From the NCBI RefSeq assembly GCF_009914755.1, contig NC_060936.1: a DNA stretch of 64,000 nt. One strand, 5' to 3'. The notes beneath the pieces are model-generated. The model made no database searches and was not told where the DNA came from. It was given only the letters and a program-made list of their open reading frames with translations. Below are positions 1 through 13,926 of this stretch, piece after piece (within the stretch, counting starts at the first letter, position 1; the number at the start of each line of letters is the position of its first letter). Source of the DNA: the human T2T-CHM13v2.0 reference genome, Homo sapiens. A program made the translations under genes and the position numbers.

Positions 1-125
1 TTATGACCCTGGCCAAGTTATTAAACTGTGCTTCAGTTTCTTCATTTATAAAATGAGAACAATAATATACTTATCTACTGATAAAGTACATAAGTCAATG
101 TCAGCACACTGAGAGGACTCAATAT
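1..125 (+). mobile_element. MIR fragment
   Basis: GGCCAAGTTATTAAAC...TCAGTTTCTTCATTTATAAAATGAG. Confidence 0.65.
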
Positions 126-271
126 ATTCTCTCTTTTATTACTATGATTATCACAACACTAAGACTATAATATAACTGATTTGTTGTAGATGCTTCTGTA
201 ATATTAAGGACAATGTTAGGTCCAGAGCCAATGCTGCATGTTTAATTTTCTCCTTAACACAACTTTTTGTT

Positions 272-790
272 TGTCTCAGTTATCCATGGCTGCACATCAA
301 ATCTCCTTTATATTTAGTGGCTTTGAAAAACAATTTAATTCTTTCATGATTCTCTGAATTAGCAGTGTGAACTAGGCTTACATGATCAGTTGTTCTTGAA
401 TTCGGTCCTGCACTGCAGTGATCTGTCAGTTCCAAGAAGGTGTTCTAATATGGTCTAACTGACATTCTAGCAAAAGTCAGGCTGTCAGCTGGAGCACTTT
501 GGTTTGCTTATAAGTAATCTCTCCAAAATACTAGCTGCAACTTGTTCATATTGTAGCTCAGATTTCCAACTGTAGCCAAAAAGAAAAGGTGAGCCCAATG
601 TACAAGTGCTACTAGAGCCTCTCTCTATTTCACATTGGCTAATGCCTCATTGACCAAAGAAAGTCTCAAACCTAAGTCCATACTGATTCAAGAGTAGAGA
701 TAAACCTTACTTTTTGATGGAAGGGACAAAAAACCCTACTGCAAAAGGCATGCGTAGAAAGGAAAAAAAAATACTGCCACTATCTTTGAA
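272..790. mobile_element. Old MaLR LTR (MLT1-like)
   Basis: TGTCTCAGTTATC...TTTAGTGGCTT...AACAATT...CATGATTCT pattern. Confidence 0.55.
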
Positions 791-1374
791 AAAATTCAGC
801 ATTTGCTTAGTTTCCACCTCCCTGGAGTTTTAATCTTGAGGAGAGGCACAAAGTGATAAAAAAGTAGGCATGTCATCCAATTCCATCAAAGGCATTATGC
901 CCAGGCTGTAAATACTACCGTAGTCATGGACATTGGTTCCTAGTTTTCAGAACTATTTTCATTCTTTCCTTTTTCCATTTCATTGCCAAGCATCCCATTG
1001 TTTCTTTGAGCTCCTGTGACTGCCAATATTACTTTTCTTTGCCTCTTATCCAGCATCACTTTCTAAAGCTTGCAAAGAACCCCAAATGGCTTACAAATTA
1101 TGAATCAAAAACTACTGCTATATTTCCATTCATCTATCTATGTATATGAACATAAATACACAAATATGTTGGGAACTTTACAGTATTTAAATTTGAACTT
1201 ATATTTACCTCTTTCTCAATCTCTCATTTTTTGTATCGCTTTAGTTATCTTCATATATTTTTCAAAATAAATCTATTTTGAAGCACTTAAAAGTAGATCC
1301 AAAATTTTTAAAATCATGATAATAAATTTCCAACTCAGTGGTTCTTAACCCCAACCATTTTACTTTTTGTGTTC

Positions 1375-2910
1375 TTTTTCAAGATTGTTTCACCTATTCT
1401 AGGTTCTTTTATTTCCACATAATTTTTGAAATCAGCTTGACAATTTCTACCACAAAAAACCCAGCCTACTAGGATTTAAAATTGAATTACATTGATTTCA
1501 TTGATCTATTTGGGGAACACTGATATCTACCAAATTGAGTTTTCCAGGCTATAAACTTGGTGTATCTTTTTATTTATTTCATGTCTTTAATTTCTCTCAA
1601 CAGTGTTTCAGAGATTTCAGTGTATTGGTCTTGCACAACTTTTGTTAAATTTATTTCTGATTAATGTGTGTTTGGGGTATGATTGCAAATTCTTTTCTTA
1701 GGTTTCAATTATATTTTGCTAGTATATGCAATATAACTGATTTTTAATATAGGTTTCTGCCCACAAAGATGCTAAATCAAGTTTTGCATCTTTCTAAGAT
1801 CCCGAGGGACCTCCACTTACATAATCATGTCATCAGTCAATAATGATAATTTAACTTTCATTTTTATAATTATTTACTTTTATATCTTTCTCTTGACTTA
1901 TTTTACTGGCTAAGACATCCACCAAAACATTGACTAGAAATGCTAAAGGCAAACATCTTCATTTATGTCTCGGTGTTATTTGTAGTCAATATTCCCCTAC
2001 GTTCAATGTTAATTGGACATTGTTTTCATAGATCCCTTTATTAGTTTAGAGAAGTTACTTTATATTCCTAGTTCAGTGAGGTCATTAGTTTGAATTACTG
2101 TGTTAAATTTTGACAAATTATTTTTGCCTTTATTAAGATAACCATATCAGTTCTTCATCTATTCATATGGAGTATCACATTCGTTGCTTTTCTATCTTAA
2201 AACAATCTTTCATTTATGAAATAAACCTCACTTGGTCAAGATGAATTACTTTTTAATATATCACTAAAATAAATCTGCTATATTTTGTTATAGATTTTCT
2301 TTCAACTACATTCATAGGAAAGTGGGTGTATATATGTGTATAGATATGTATATATATACATACATATATACATGTATATATGTGTATAGATATGTATATA
2401 TATACATACATATATACATGTATATATGCATACATATATACGTATATATGTATACGTATATGTGTGTGTGTGTATATATATATATAATGTATTTTGCTTC
2501 TCTGGTTTTGGTGGTGTCTTAGAAAGCTTTGAAATGATTTATCTTTTATTTTCTGAGAGTACATGTGTAGAATTAGTTTCATTCTTCTTTAAAAGTTTGG
2601 CAGCACTCGCCAATAAAGCCATCTGGGCTTGGGGTTTTCTTTCTGAAAATGTTTTAAATTAAAAATTCAATTCATTTCATTGATATACAGCTACTAAGAT
2701 TTTCCTTTTCTTGTTTTACTTTTGGTAAGCCATCTTTTTGAAGGATTTGTCCATTTTATGTAAGGTGCCAAACTCATTGCCATAAAGTGTTCCATAATAT
2801 TCCACAGTTTTTTAAACACATATAGAATTCGTCATCATATCTTATCTTTATTACTGATATTGGTAATAGGTCTTTTTCTTTGTTTTTATCTTGACCAGTC
2901 TTGCTATAAT
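1375..2910 (-). mobile_element. Old L1M ORF2 fragment
   Basis: Antisense L1 hallmarks (ATCAGCTTGACAATTTCTAC, AAGCCATCTGGGC). Confidence 0.7.
2325..2487. repeat. Compound (TA/TG/CA)n microsatellite
   Basis: About 160 bp of mostly alternating RY dinucleotides. Confidence 0.95.
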
Positions 2911-3689
2911 ATGTTCACTAAAAAATTAACTCAATACTTTCTGCCATTCTTGTTCCATCCTTCAAAATTTTCTACCTTCCAAGCCATTGTTACAATCTCT
3001 TTTGAAATTATATTAAATTTTAATTAACATTTCCAGTGAAAATATGCAAACACTTGAAGTAGCAGGTAGGTGTCTGCATCTGACATATATGATGGATGAC
3101 TCAAACATATATATCTGCACTGGCTAATTTTTGGCATTTGTCACAAGCTTAGTATTCTATAATAAAGCACTAGAACACTAGTAAATTATCTCCCTGTCTT
3201 TGACAACTTAAAATTTCACTGAAAAAAAAGTTTTATTTAAATACAAACTAATTTGAATATGAAATGTTTAATTATTTATAGATTCAAATGAAATTCATTT
3301 TTCTATTTTCTAATATAGGACAAAAATAAAGACCATCCAAATAAAATCAAAATTTGGACCATACTGTAATGCTCAAGAAAAATTGTCACCATATGCCAAT
3401 TAGTTTATAGTTATGGTATAATTATAGAGGAAAAATATTTTCATCAAGAGATTTCATGAAATACTGAAATAATAATCTTGATGAATAATATGAAATATTT
3501 TTAACAATATAGAATTCAATAAATTGAAATGTATTTTGCAAATTGTATCCTGGTTTACATAAAATTTTTGCACTGAGCTATCAAATAAAAAATTACAGAG
3601 CCAATCAAAAGGAAGGGAACTTTTTTTACAAATAACAATACCAAGTCACTATTTATACTTCATTAAATGTATATTTTTTTTCCCAAAAG

Positions 3690-4545
3690 GTGGGCTACAA
3701 ATAACACACCTATCAGAATGGCTAAACTTTGTTTTTTAAATTAATAACACCAAATATTGGTGAGGACATGTAGAAACTAAATCAATCACATGTTGCTGGT
3801 GGAAATGTAAAATGGTACAGCCACTCTGAAAAACAACTTGGTTACTTTTAACACTAATAAAGACTTCTCATAGTAACCAGCAACTATATTTCAGAGATAT
3901 ATCACAGAAAAATAAAAAAAAACTTACAAAACTTGTACACAAATGTCCATAGCAGCTTTACTTATAATAGAAAAAAAATGGAAACTATCCAGTATGCGTT
4001 TCAATGGGTGAATGGTTAAACTGTGCTACATTCGCACCATGAACCACTACTCAGCAGTAAAAAAGAACTATTGATACATGCAACAACTTGCATGTACCTA
4101 AAGGAAATGATACTCAGTGAAAACAATATAAAAATGCCAATTTCAAAGAAATACATATATAACAATTTTTATATAACATTTGTGAAATAACATAATTATA
4201 GAAATAAACAACATATTCATGGTTTGAAGAGTTAGGGATGGAGAGGGTAAATGGGTGTGCTTATAAAAGAGTAGCAGGAGAGAATCATATGGTAAGGCAC
4301 ACAGGTTACTATCTTCATTGTGGTAAGGGATAGAAGAAGGTATACATTTTATAAAATTTCACAGAGCTATAAACGTGGACATACTATGGATTATACCAGC
4401 ATCAATATGCTGGTTTTTATATAGTACCGTATCTGACATAAGATGTTAGTGGTGGGGAAGTCGAGTAAATGGTGCATACACCTCCATGTGCACCCTTCTG
4501 TGAAATCGTAATTATTTCAAAATTAATTATAATCATAAAGCAATT
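3690..4545 (+). mobile_element. L1MC/MD-like 3' fragment
   Basis: CACACCTATCAGAATGGCTAA...GCTGGTGGAAATGTAAAATGGTACAGCCACTCTGAAAA. Confidence 0.75.
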
Positions 4546-4664
4546 TCCATAAATTGGAGTATATTTTTGTTGACTTCTGTGAATCAAAGATAGACAATCT
4601 TTCAAAATTCTTTTAGAGATTTCTGAAGTAGACAAAAAGTTTTTAAGACAAAGTTTTATTAACG

Positions 4665-4802
4665 TAAGGTATACCTCATGTAAGTGACGAGTTAATGGGT
4701 GCAGCACACCAACATGGCACATGTATACATATGTAACAAACCTGCACATTGTGCACATGTACCCTAAAACTTAAAGTATAACAAAAAATAAAATAAAATA
4801 TA
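4665..4802 (+). mobile_element. Very short young L1PA 3' end
   Basis: GACGAGTTAATGGGTGCAGCACACCAACATGGCAC...TACCCTAAAACTTAAAGTATAA plus A tail. Confidence 0.9.
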
Positions 4803-4839
4803 CTAATATGCCCTAAAAAACATTGAGAATAAAAAAAAT

Positions 4840-5270
4840 TACTTCAAATTTAATGTCTTAAAACAACAGAAATGTATTCTTTCATACTTCCGGAGACCAA
4901 AGAATCCAAATTAAGTTACAGTCAACCAAAATCAAGGCGTTACCAGGGTGGTATTTTCTCGGGAGGCTCTAGGGGAGAACATGAACCTTGCCTTCTCCAG
5001 TTTCTGGTGGCTGCTGGCATTCCTCAATTTGTGGCCTCATTACTCCATTCTCTGTTTCTGTAGTCAGATTGCCTACTTCCTTCTACTTCAGTCTAACATC
5101 CCTCTCCATCTTTCCTATAAGGATGCTTGTCATGGCATGTAGGGCCCATCTGGATCTTCCGAAATCATATCTTCATCTCAATACTATATCTGCAAAGACT
5201 TTTCTTCCAAATTAGGTAACATTTATAGATGTCAGGAAGTAGGAACTGGACACATCTTTAGGAGGCATAT
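4840..5270 (-). mobile_element. MaLR LTR (MLT1B/C-like)
   Basis: CTTAAAACAACAGAAATGTATTCT...GGAGGCTCTAGGGGAGAA...TCTGCAAAGACTTTTCTTCCAAAT. Confidence 0.75.
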
Positions 5271-5349
5271 ACTATTATTTAAACTAATTTATACTATGTT
5301 TTCTAAAAATATTAATTTAAAGGCACTGAATATGTTTTATTTGTTCATA

Positions 5350-5616
5350 CATCCTTATACAATGTTGTTTGATCTTTTATAGTTATTTGTTGTAGTAGGC
5401 TGTTTTCCCTTCTTTTAAATCTGGGTTAACTTTGGTTTGCTTTGACCAGAAGGTAGCAGCAGTGAAACTATGCAAGTTCCAAGGCTATAGAAGCTTGGCA
5501 GTTTCTGCTTTCCCTCTTTTGGAAGCTAGGCACCATGTAAAACGTCTGCTTCTCCTGCTAGAAACCCCACATGGAAAGAGGGAGAGAAAGGGAGAGAAAG
5601 GGGGGAGGGGCGGAGG

Positions 5617-5660
<44 letters not shown>

Positions 5661-5877
5661 GTCTCAAGCAACCATCATCTGAAGTGAAGCTCCAGGCATA
5701 AGAACAAAGGTATTGATATTCCAGCCCTAGCTGAACAGCCAGGTAACACACCAATTAGAGCAAATGAACCACCCAAATGAGCCCAACCACCCCACAGAAG
5801 AATGATTTTAAAAAGTCATTATTTTAAGACACTATGTTGTAGAATGGTTTGTTGTGTAGCAATAGATATCTGAAACA
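5350..5877 (+). mobile_element. MaLR LTR (MLT1F/H-like) containing (GA)n at ~5619-5656
   Basis: TTTGCTTTGACCAGAA...; 3' end TTTTAAGACACTATGTTGTAGAATGGTTTGTTGTGTAGCAATAGATATCTGAAACA. Confidence 0.65.
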
Positions 5878-6984
5878 TTTGTCTATGGATAAGATAACTT
5901 ATGTATTGGATTTAACTAAAATTATACAAACTGTACTGAAATTTAAAATATTGTCCAATAACCTGTTCACAATGTGGCTAGATCTATGTAGAGGATATGT
6001 GGTTTAGGTTTTTAAATACACACAGTGATTTCATAGGTATTAGAATAGAAATAGGTGTTAACTTTCAAAGCCACATTTAGTCAATCATATGTAAAGCTGC
6101 ATAAAGTCAATTTCATGCTTAAGGCATCTTGGATATCGTAAGTGAAACAGGAATTATCATTGCAAAATCTGCAGACATCAAAATGACCATGAGAGAATAC
6201 TAACAAAAACTCTACACACATAAATTTAGTAACTGAGGTGTAACCAATCAGTTCCTTAAAAAACACAAACTACCACAACTTAGCCAATAAGAAATAGAAC
6301 ATTTAATAGCTATATAACTAATAAATAAGTTGAATGCATAATTTTAAAACTGTCACAAAAGAAATCTCACTGGAAAATTCCACCAAACATTTAAAGAAGA
6401 ATTAACATCAATTCTACACAATCTCTTCAGGCAATAGAAGATGATAGAATAATTTGTATTTCATTTTATGAAAGCAGTATTACTCAGGTACCAAAACCAG
6501 GCAAAGATCATAGTAAAAAATAAAAAACTACAGATCAATATTCCTAATGAATATAGACACAAAATTCCTTTACACAGTGTTAGAAAACAGAATTCAGTGA
6601 TGTATAAAAAGAATTATATTCCATGATCAAGTAGGGTTTATTCTAAGTATTCAAGGTTGGTTCAATATTCAAAAATCAATATGTGATATACAATAATGAC
6701 AGGCTAAAGGAAAAATCACATGACTATATCTACTGATGCAGGAAAGACAAAATTCAATGTCCATTTATGATCAAAAATGTCAAAAATTAGGAACAGAAGG
6801 AAACTTTCTCAACTTGATCAACAGCATCTACAAAAAATTTACAGTTGATATTATATTTACTGGTGAAAGACTAAATGCTTTTCCTTCAGGATAAGAAGCA
6901 AGATAAAAACGTCCACTCTCACACTCTTATTCAACATAGTATTGGAAGTTCTAAGTAGTGGCATAAGGCAAGAAAAAGAAAATA

Positions 6985-7160
6985 CAGTCAGCCCTTAGTG
7001 TCCAAGGGACATTGTTGAAGGACCTCCCACAAATACCAAAATTCTCAGATGCTCAAGTCCCACATTCATCTGTGGGTCCTGCATCCCACAAGTACTATAT
7101 TCACATCTGCATTTGGTTGAATCTGTGGATGCACAACCTAAGGACACAGAAGCCTAACTG
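6985..7160. mobile_element. MER2/MER2B-like Tigger MITE inserted in an L1
   Basis: TA-CAGTCAGCCCT...CCTAACTG-TA; internal GATGCTCAAGTCCC and GGTTGAATCTGTGGATGC. Confidence 0.78.
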
Positions 7161-8473
7161 TATAAGTCACATAAATCAAGAAACAAGAAAAGTCAAGTTA
7201 CAAATTTATGTATAAGTCACATAAATCAAGAAAGAAGAACAGCCAAGTTACAAAAGATTTCCATCACATAAGGATTCCCTGTGTTGGCCTTTTTTAACTA
7301 CAACCACTGTGCTCCAGTCCCCAGGCTCTCCTTAACTCCTGGCAACCTCTAATCTGTTCTCCATACTTATTTTTTGGTCATTTCAAGAATGTTATATGAA
7401 TGTAATAATACAGTATTCAATTTTTTTGCAGATATTTTGATTGTCTATATTATAAATTCTAATGAATCTACAAAAATACCTTCTAGAGTAATAGTCCAAA
7501 AAAGTCACAGAATACACGGTAAACATACACAAATCATTTACAGTTCCATATGTTACCAATAAACAAGTGAACACAGAAATTAAAAATGCAATAGCATTTA
7601 CAATCATTAAACTGACATAATTACACGAAAATGTAACAAAACCTGGATGGTACATTTTTGCTGAAAACTACAAAGTGCTGATAAAGTAAATGAAAGAAGA
7701 TCTAAATGTATGGGAAGACATGCCATGTTCATGGATTAGAAAACTCAACATAAGAAAGATGTCAAATTTCCCTAAATTGATATATGGTTAAATGAATTCC
7801 TATCAAAATATCAGTGACATTTTTCTACAAAGAAGATTATTTCAAAATTTATATGAACAGGCAAAAAATTAGAGGAGCTACAACAATTTTAAACAGAAGA
7901 ATGAAGTGGGAGGAATGATTCTATCGAATTTTGTGACTTATTATATAGCTACAGTAATGAAGTCTATGTGAGGTTGGTGAAAGGATAGACAAAAATGAAT
8001 GTAACAGAAGAGGCTACCCAGAAAGAAGTGCACACAATATGCCTAACTAATTTTTGATAAAAGTACCAAAGCAATTTCAATGGAGAAAAAAATAGCTCTT
8101 TCAACAAATTGTTCGGGAAATAATTGGACATCCCTAGGCAAAAGTATAACCCTGAACCTAAATCTCATATCTTATACAAAAATTAATTCAAAATGAATTA
8201 CAAACTTAAGTGGAAAATATAAAACTTTAAGAAACAAGTCATCAGATTAAATCTTTGAGATCTAGGGTTAACCAAAGAGCTCTTAGACATGACAAAAGCA
8301 GGATTCAGAAACACAAAAATTGATAAACTAGGCCCCAAAATTTGAAACTTTTGCTATGAGAAAGAATCTATTAAGAGGATGGGAAAAAAAAAGCTTAAAA
8401 ATGGGAGAATATATTTGAAGGTCACAAATGACTGGTGTTTAGGATATATAAAGAACTCTTAAAACTCGACCGT

Positions 8474-8821
<348 letters not shown>

Positions 8822-10149
8822 TCAATGAATATTATATATGAATGACAAAGAAGCACAAGAACTGAGGCTCGATATTATTAGCCATTAGGTAAATGCAAAT
8901 ATAAAATACTATGAGATGTTGCTATATTCCTATCAGAATGGCCAAAATATAGTGACAACCAAATTCTGGCAAGGATGCAGAGAAAATGGATCATTTATTC
9001 ATTACTGGTGAGAATGTAAAATTGTACAAACACTCTGGAAAAGTTCGACTGTTCATTTAAAAACTAAACACACTGCTACCACATAACCGAGCAAGTGTTC
9101 TCATTTATCCCAGATAAATGAAAATTTATGTTCCAGAAAAGCCTATGCAGGAATGTCCATAGCAGTTTTATTTACATTAACCCTAAACTAGAAATAATCC
9201 AGATGTCATTCAATGGGTAAATAGTTATAAATTCTGGCACATCCATACCATTAACTACTATTTAGCAAAAACTACCAATATACATGACTTAGATGAATCT
9301 ACAGAAAATTATGCTGAGTGAAAAAACATCAATTCAAATACATTGAATACTGTATGATTACATTTATATAATATTCTTGCAATGACCAAAAAATAAATAT
9401 GGAGAACAGAGTAGAGATTGCCAGGAGTTAAGGAGAGCCTGGGGACTGGAGTGAAGTGGTTGTGGTTATAAAAGGCCAACACAGTTAATCCTTATGTAAT
9501 GGAACTCTTTTGTAACTTAACTGTATCAATGTCAATATTCTGATTAGGAAGGTTTAATATAGTTATTACAAAATGTTATATTTGCAGGAAATTTGTCAAG
9601 AGCTCACAAGAACTCTCTGTGTTATTTCTTACCAACTACATGGGACTCAACACCCATCTCAAAATTAAGACTTTTTTTAATACCCTAAAATTATGCCTTT
9701 TTTGCTAGTATAATTGGTTAACTTTATTGAATCAAGTACTAAATATGCTTCTCCAATATAATTTTATTTCTAAAACTCTTGAAAGAGGAAGCTTTCTTGT
9801 AAATTCAGAAACAACAACAAAAATCAGGGGGTCGTCAAAATACTCATTGACTTTTGTACCTTACTAATTCCATGGCATGTGATGAATGAATAAAACTCTA
9901 CCAAAGGTGTTTATTTGCCTCTGTCTTTACTTTAAAATATTTTATATATTTATATTTTGAATACAAAATACTGTAATAAGATATTAAAGGGCAAAGAGTA
10001 AAGAAACATATATATATATATATATATATATCTTCCTACCCTTTCTCCCTAGAATATACTGTACCATCTGTACCTCCCAATAAGTAACCAAAATCTTCAA
10101 TAAATATTTTCTGTATATTCAAGCATATATATATGTGTGTATACACACT

Positions 10150-10630
10150 TAAACACTCTATATATATTCAAGCTAATATGTGTTTTCTCCCCACCAGCCC
10201 CCAATCTGCTTCTTTTTACACAACTATTACTATGTGCATAATTCTACCTCTTAGTTTTTCACTCTAATAAATTCTTCAAAACTCTTGATCTCAATGTAAT
10301 AGCTTCATTTAAAAAACTACTGTATGATATTCCTTGGTATGGTATACCATATATTTAGATCATCACTGATAATTTGCTACTACAATGTTCCAACAAATTA
10401 TTTTGTATATCTTGCATCTCCATATCTGTAGAATAAATTCCTAGAACTGGAACAGCTTGATCAAAAGGTATGAGCTTTTATAATTTTGATAAATATTACC
10501 AAATAGCCCTTGATAAAAATTGTGTCCATTTGCACTACCACCAGCAATGCATGAGAGTGCCCGCTTTCTTCTACTGTCTTCTGTATAACAAATAATCTCT
10601 TTGATCTTTGCCAATCTGATAGGTGAAAAA
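10150..10630 (-). mobile_element. L1ME-like 3' fragment
   Basis: TTTGCACTACCACCAGCAATGCATGAGAGTGCCC...TTTGCCAATCTGATAGGTGAAAA. Confidence 0.65.
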
Positions 10631-11908
10631 GTTCCCAAAGTATGCATTCTATTTAAAAATAAAAGTCAATTCATCTTATGTGAAAAGATACCTTAGCACA
10701 TTAATCACAAGGAAATAAAGTGACCTTCAAGGCTGAACACAACTTACAGCTCTGCCCTGTGTCAAGTGATACTCTGCATTTGAAATTGCCCTATATCCCA
10801 GTTTATTTTTAGGGCTTGTTGTTCACAGAAAAAGAGATGATCATTACTGGTCAAAGTTAATATTTAAGCAGATAAATACATCAAAAATTGTTTAGTAAAG
10901 ACAGCCAGAAGAGTGGTATGATAAGCAAAGTAGAAATAAATCTAATGATTCCTGCTATGTAACCTTGAATGTTGTTCATGCATCCAACTATGCCTGTAGA
11001 TTTTTATTAATACTATCTGCTGAGAAACCATTTCAAAATCTACTCTGCACAGCTGCATAAGAATATACTAATATATCCTATCATGCATATGTATGTAGTA
11101 ATAAAGAATTAACATACTCTTCCACAAGGTGAGAGGTCCATTGAGAAGTGAAAGAAAAGTTTTTAGGAGCTTTTGATAGCCACCAAGCTCTCTTTTGGGT
11201 CTGCTATTCTAAGTCAATGATTCAATTTCCTAGATGATATAATCCCAGAGTTAAAAAGAATGCAAATATCTTACCTATTCATATACAAATTATATTTTAT
11301 GACAAGAGAAGCATATTTACAATTTCAACTATGATCACTGGGTAAGGTAGTAACTATGAATACGGACTTTAGAGTTTAGTAACTATTCTGACTTATTTTA
11401 AATGTTTCAGTAGGTGACAAGGAAGGCATCTCATCTGATTATTGGCATCTCTCATAACTGTTATCCAGTTTTAAGATTCTGCATTATTTCATATTTATTC
11501 AGTGATAGAGTACTGATCTCCTAGAAACATATAAAAATAACTTTCTTAATTCGATTAAAATACTACATCTCGAGTTAACTATATTAGAATTATAAAATAA
11601 TTTTTCAATCAACTATATAATGTGCAATCAGAAAAAAGAAAAGCTTATCAACAGTAAAAGATTATCTTTCTTTAAAAATCCTATTAATTCCTGTCATCCT
11701 AAAAAAAAACACAAACTGAAAGCTTTATTTAGAGAAAAATGGTTAATAAATTCCATTTTAAATTTGTTGGGATATGTTTTACCACAACAAATACACATGG
11801 ATCATTGATGATTCCATAGAAAAGGCAACAACACATAAAAATAAAATCGCCTGATTTTGATGGTCAAATATCTTGAATTTAATATGAGAGAAAAAAATAC
11901 ATACTGTT

Positions 11909-12391
11909 TGTTAGTCCAAACTGCACCATGTTGTAAGCTCCCTGCTATTTTGCAGACCTTGGTGAAAGCGAAACATTTCACAGGGGTTCGAGCTGTGAGA
12001 AACATCCCGTCTAACCAACTGACCACGAGTTGGACAAAGGCCTAACTAAAGAGACATCCCTATCATATCTTGCTGGACAAAGGTCCAAGGAACACCCTGA
12101 ACAACAGAACGACATCGCGCCGGAACAAGAGCCAGAACCGCCTCTTCATGGAAGCATCTTATTAATATCCCGCGGAGCAGCAAGCCATACTGCTCAGACC
12201 CCTTCTGCCCGTACCTATAAATGGCCCCAGCCTGTAAGCGGCAGCGGGCTCCGGCATTAGGCTGGTCCTCCACTTCTGTAGGATTTATGCTGGACAGAAA
12301 GCCTGAATTTGCTGTTGAGCCGCCCTCTTTCCGTGTGTGTGTGTGTGTGTGTGTGTGTCTTTAACCCTCGCCTTCCCTTCAAAACCTAACA
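11909..12391 (+). mobile_element. Intact solo ERV1-class LTR (MER83-like; subfamily tentative)
   Basis: TG...CA termini (TGTTAG...CTAACA); 5-bp TSD CTGTT at 11904-11908 / 12392-12396; TATAAA 12216-12221; (GT)n near the 3' end. Confidence 0.88.
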
Positions 12392-12797
12392 CTGTTCAAA
12401 GAAGATTTAGTCCATCATTAAGTATTTATTAAGAACGTACAAGTCAAGCCCAGTACTGGGCGCCTAAGACATAAATAGGTCTGTGTTTCAGCAATGATCT
12501 TGCAGAAATGAGGTTGGGTGGGTGAGGGGCTTGTTGGGGCTGTGTCTGCACATAATAATTCCTCAAAACAAACACTTTGTTGCTGGCACAGCAGAAAAGC
12601 AATCAGGCATTGACAGGTAGAAAATAGCTTTTACAGCATGGGCGATGAGGAGCCCCAAAGCAGCATATAAAGCAAATCCTTCATTTCTCCCATACGTCTT
12701 AAGTAGTGAACCGCAAGGATGGTGCAGACTAAGATTGGGTCTACCTATAAGATCTGGAGGGGAAAACGGCAAGACCAGAAGAAACCGTCGCAGACTT

Positions 12798-12856
12798 ATT
12801 TGCATAAGCACCCAAACACTGCTTACGTCACTGCGCCGGAGTCCGGACCCCGCCCC
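12798..12856. promoter_or_regulatory. Octamer + CRE-like + GC-box motif cluster
   Basis: ATTTGCAT 12798-12805, TTACGTCA 12823-12830, CCCCGCCCC 12848-12856. Confidence 0.55.
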
Positions 12857-13926
12857 GTCTTACTCCAGCCTTTCCCAGCTAGGGAGGAGGATGGAAAGGG
12901 AAAGCGGGACGCTGGAGAGCGCGAGCCTGGGGGCTTTGCTTCCTAAAACGCACATCAAAGGCTGCTTCTCAGCTCAGGAAAAATAATTCCCGTTCCCGCA
13001 GCCTGTGCCACTGGGTGGGTCATGCCTGTTCCCGAACGCCTCGGGCGTCTTGATTCATTCTTATGTATCCAGTTGGTGCGCTACGTTAGAGTGCAAGGAT
13101 TTCCCTGTACTCAATACCGTCTTCTTCCCAGTCACACACAGACCAGCCTAGTGAAAGAAAGGTAGAAACGATCTGGGTTTCTAACTGCTTCCCATCTTCT
13201 TACAGTCCCAGCAGCACCACCCTCACCGCCACACTCTCAAATTCCAGGATGCGCAGAAACACAGGAGCCGTGATTTCTCCAGCAGCCACGTGCCTTTCGT
13301 ACGGCGAAAGGCCCCCTTTCGGGCCATTTATCACAGGATACCTCAAGCAAAGGGGAACTGTGGTCACGTGAAAACACTCTGTCCTCGGTAGTCGCCTTCT
13401 GCCTTTGCTAAAGCGAACGGAAGCGAATGAGGAATAAAGCTCTCTGCTCTCCCCGCCCCATCGCCCACCTGCACGAGGTTTAGCTTCCAATTCACCTCGC
13501 GTCTCTCTCTGCCCCAACCCTCCCAACTTTCCTCTTGGACTTTCCCGTGTTGGACCCCACCCTTCAACCAACCCCGACTTGGCTTGGAAACGAGTAGGTC
13601 TCTGGGGATGCTGTGGGCAATTTCCACGACGGGAAGAAAGGATGGCGGCACGTTTCAACCCATGTGCTTCCCCTTACATGTGCAGCCTGTCGCCCCCCAC
13701 CCTGATTGTACAGAGATGCAGAGTTAGACGGTTGCCCGCCCAGCCCAGCTTCTCCCTCCCAGGGCTTTTGAGCTGCCCTCCCTCCTCCCACCCCAGGACG
13801 CAGCGAGTCCTTCCCGGCATCCATCCATCAATTCGTTCCCGGTGCTGGTGCCCAGGCTCCTGGGTGGCTAATGGCGAGCCCCACCTCACCCCCAGTTGTG
13901 CCCTTAGCGTAGGCGCTTGCCATTAC

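Noticed and set aside
2253-2662. Y/I/H/V-rich ORFs, and similar low-complexity ORFs at 20381, 42789 and 52498
   Set aside because: Translations of microsatellites.
13210-13230. REST/RE1-like CAGCACCACCCTCACCGCC
   Set aside because: The left half matches, but the essential GGACAG right half is absent.
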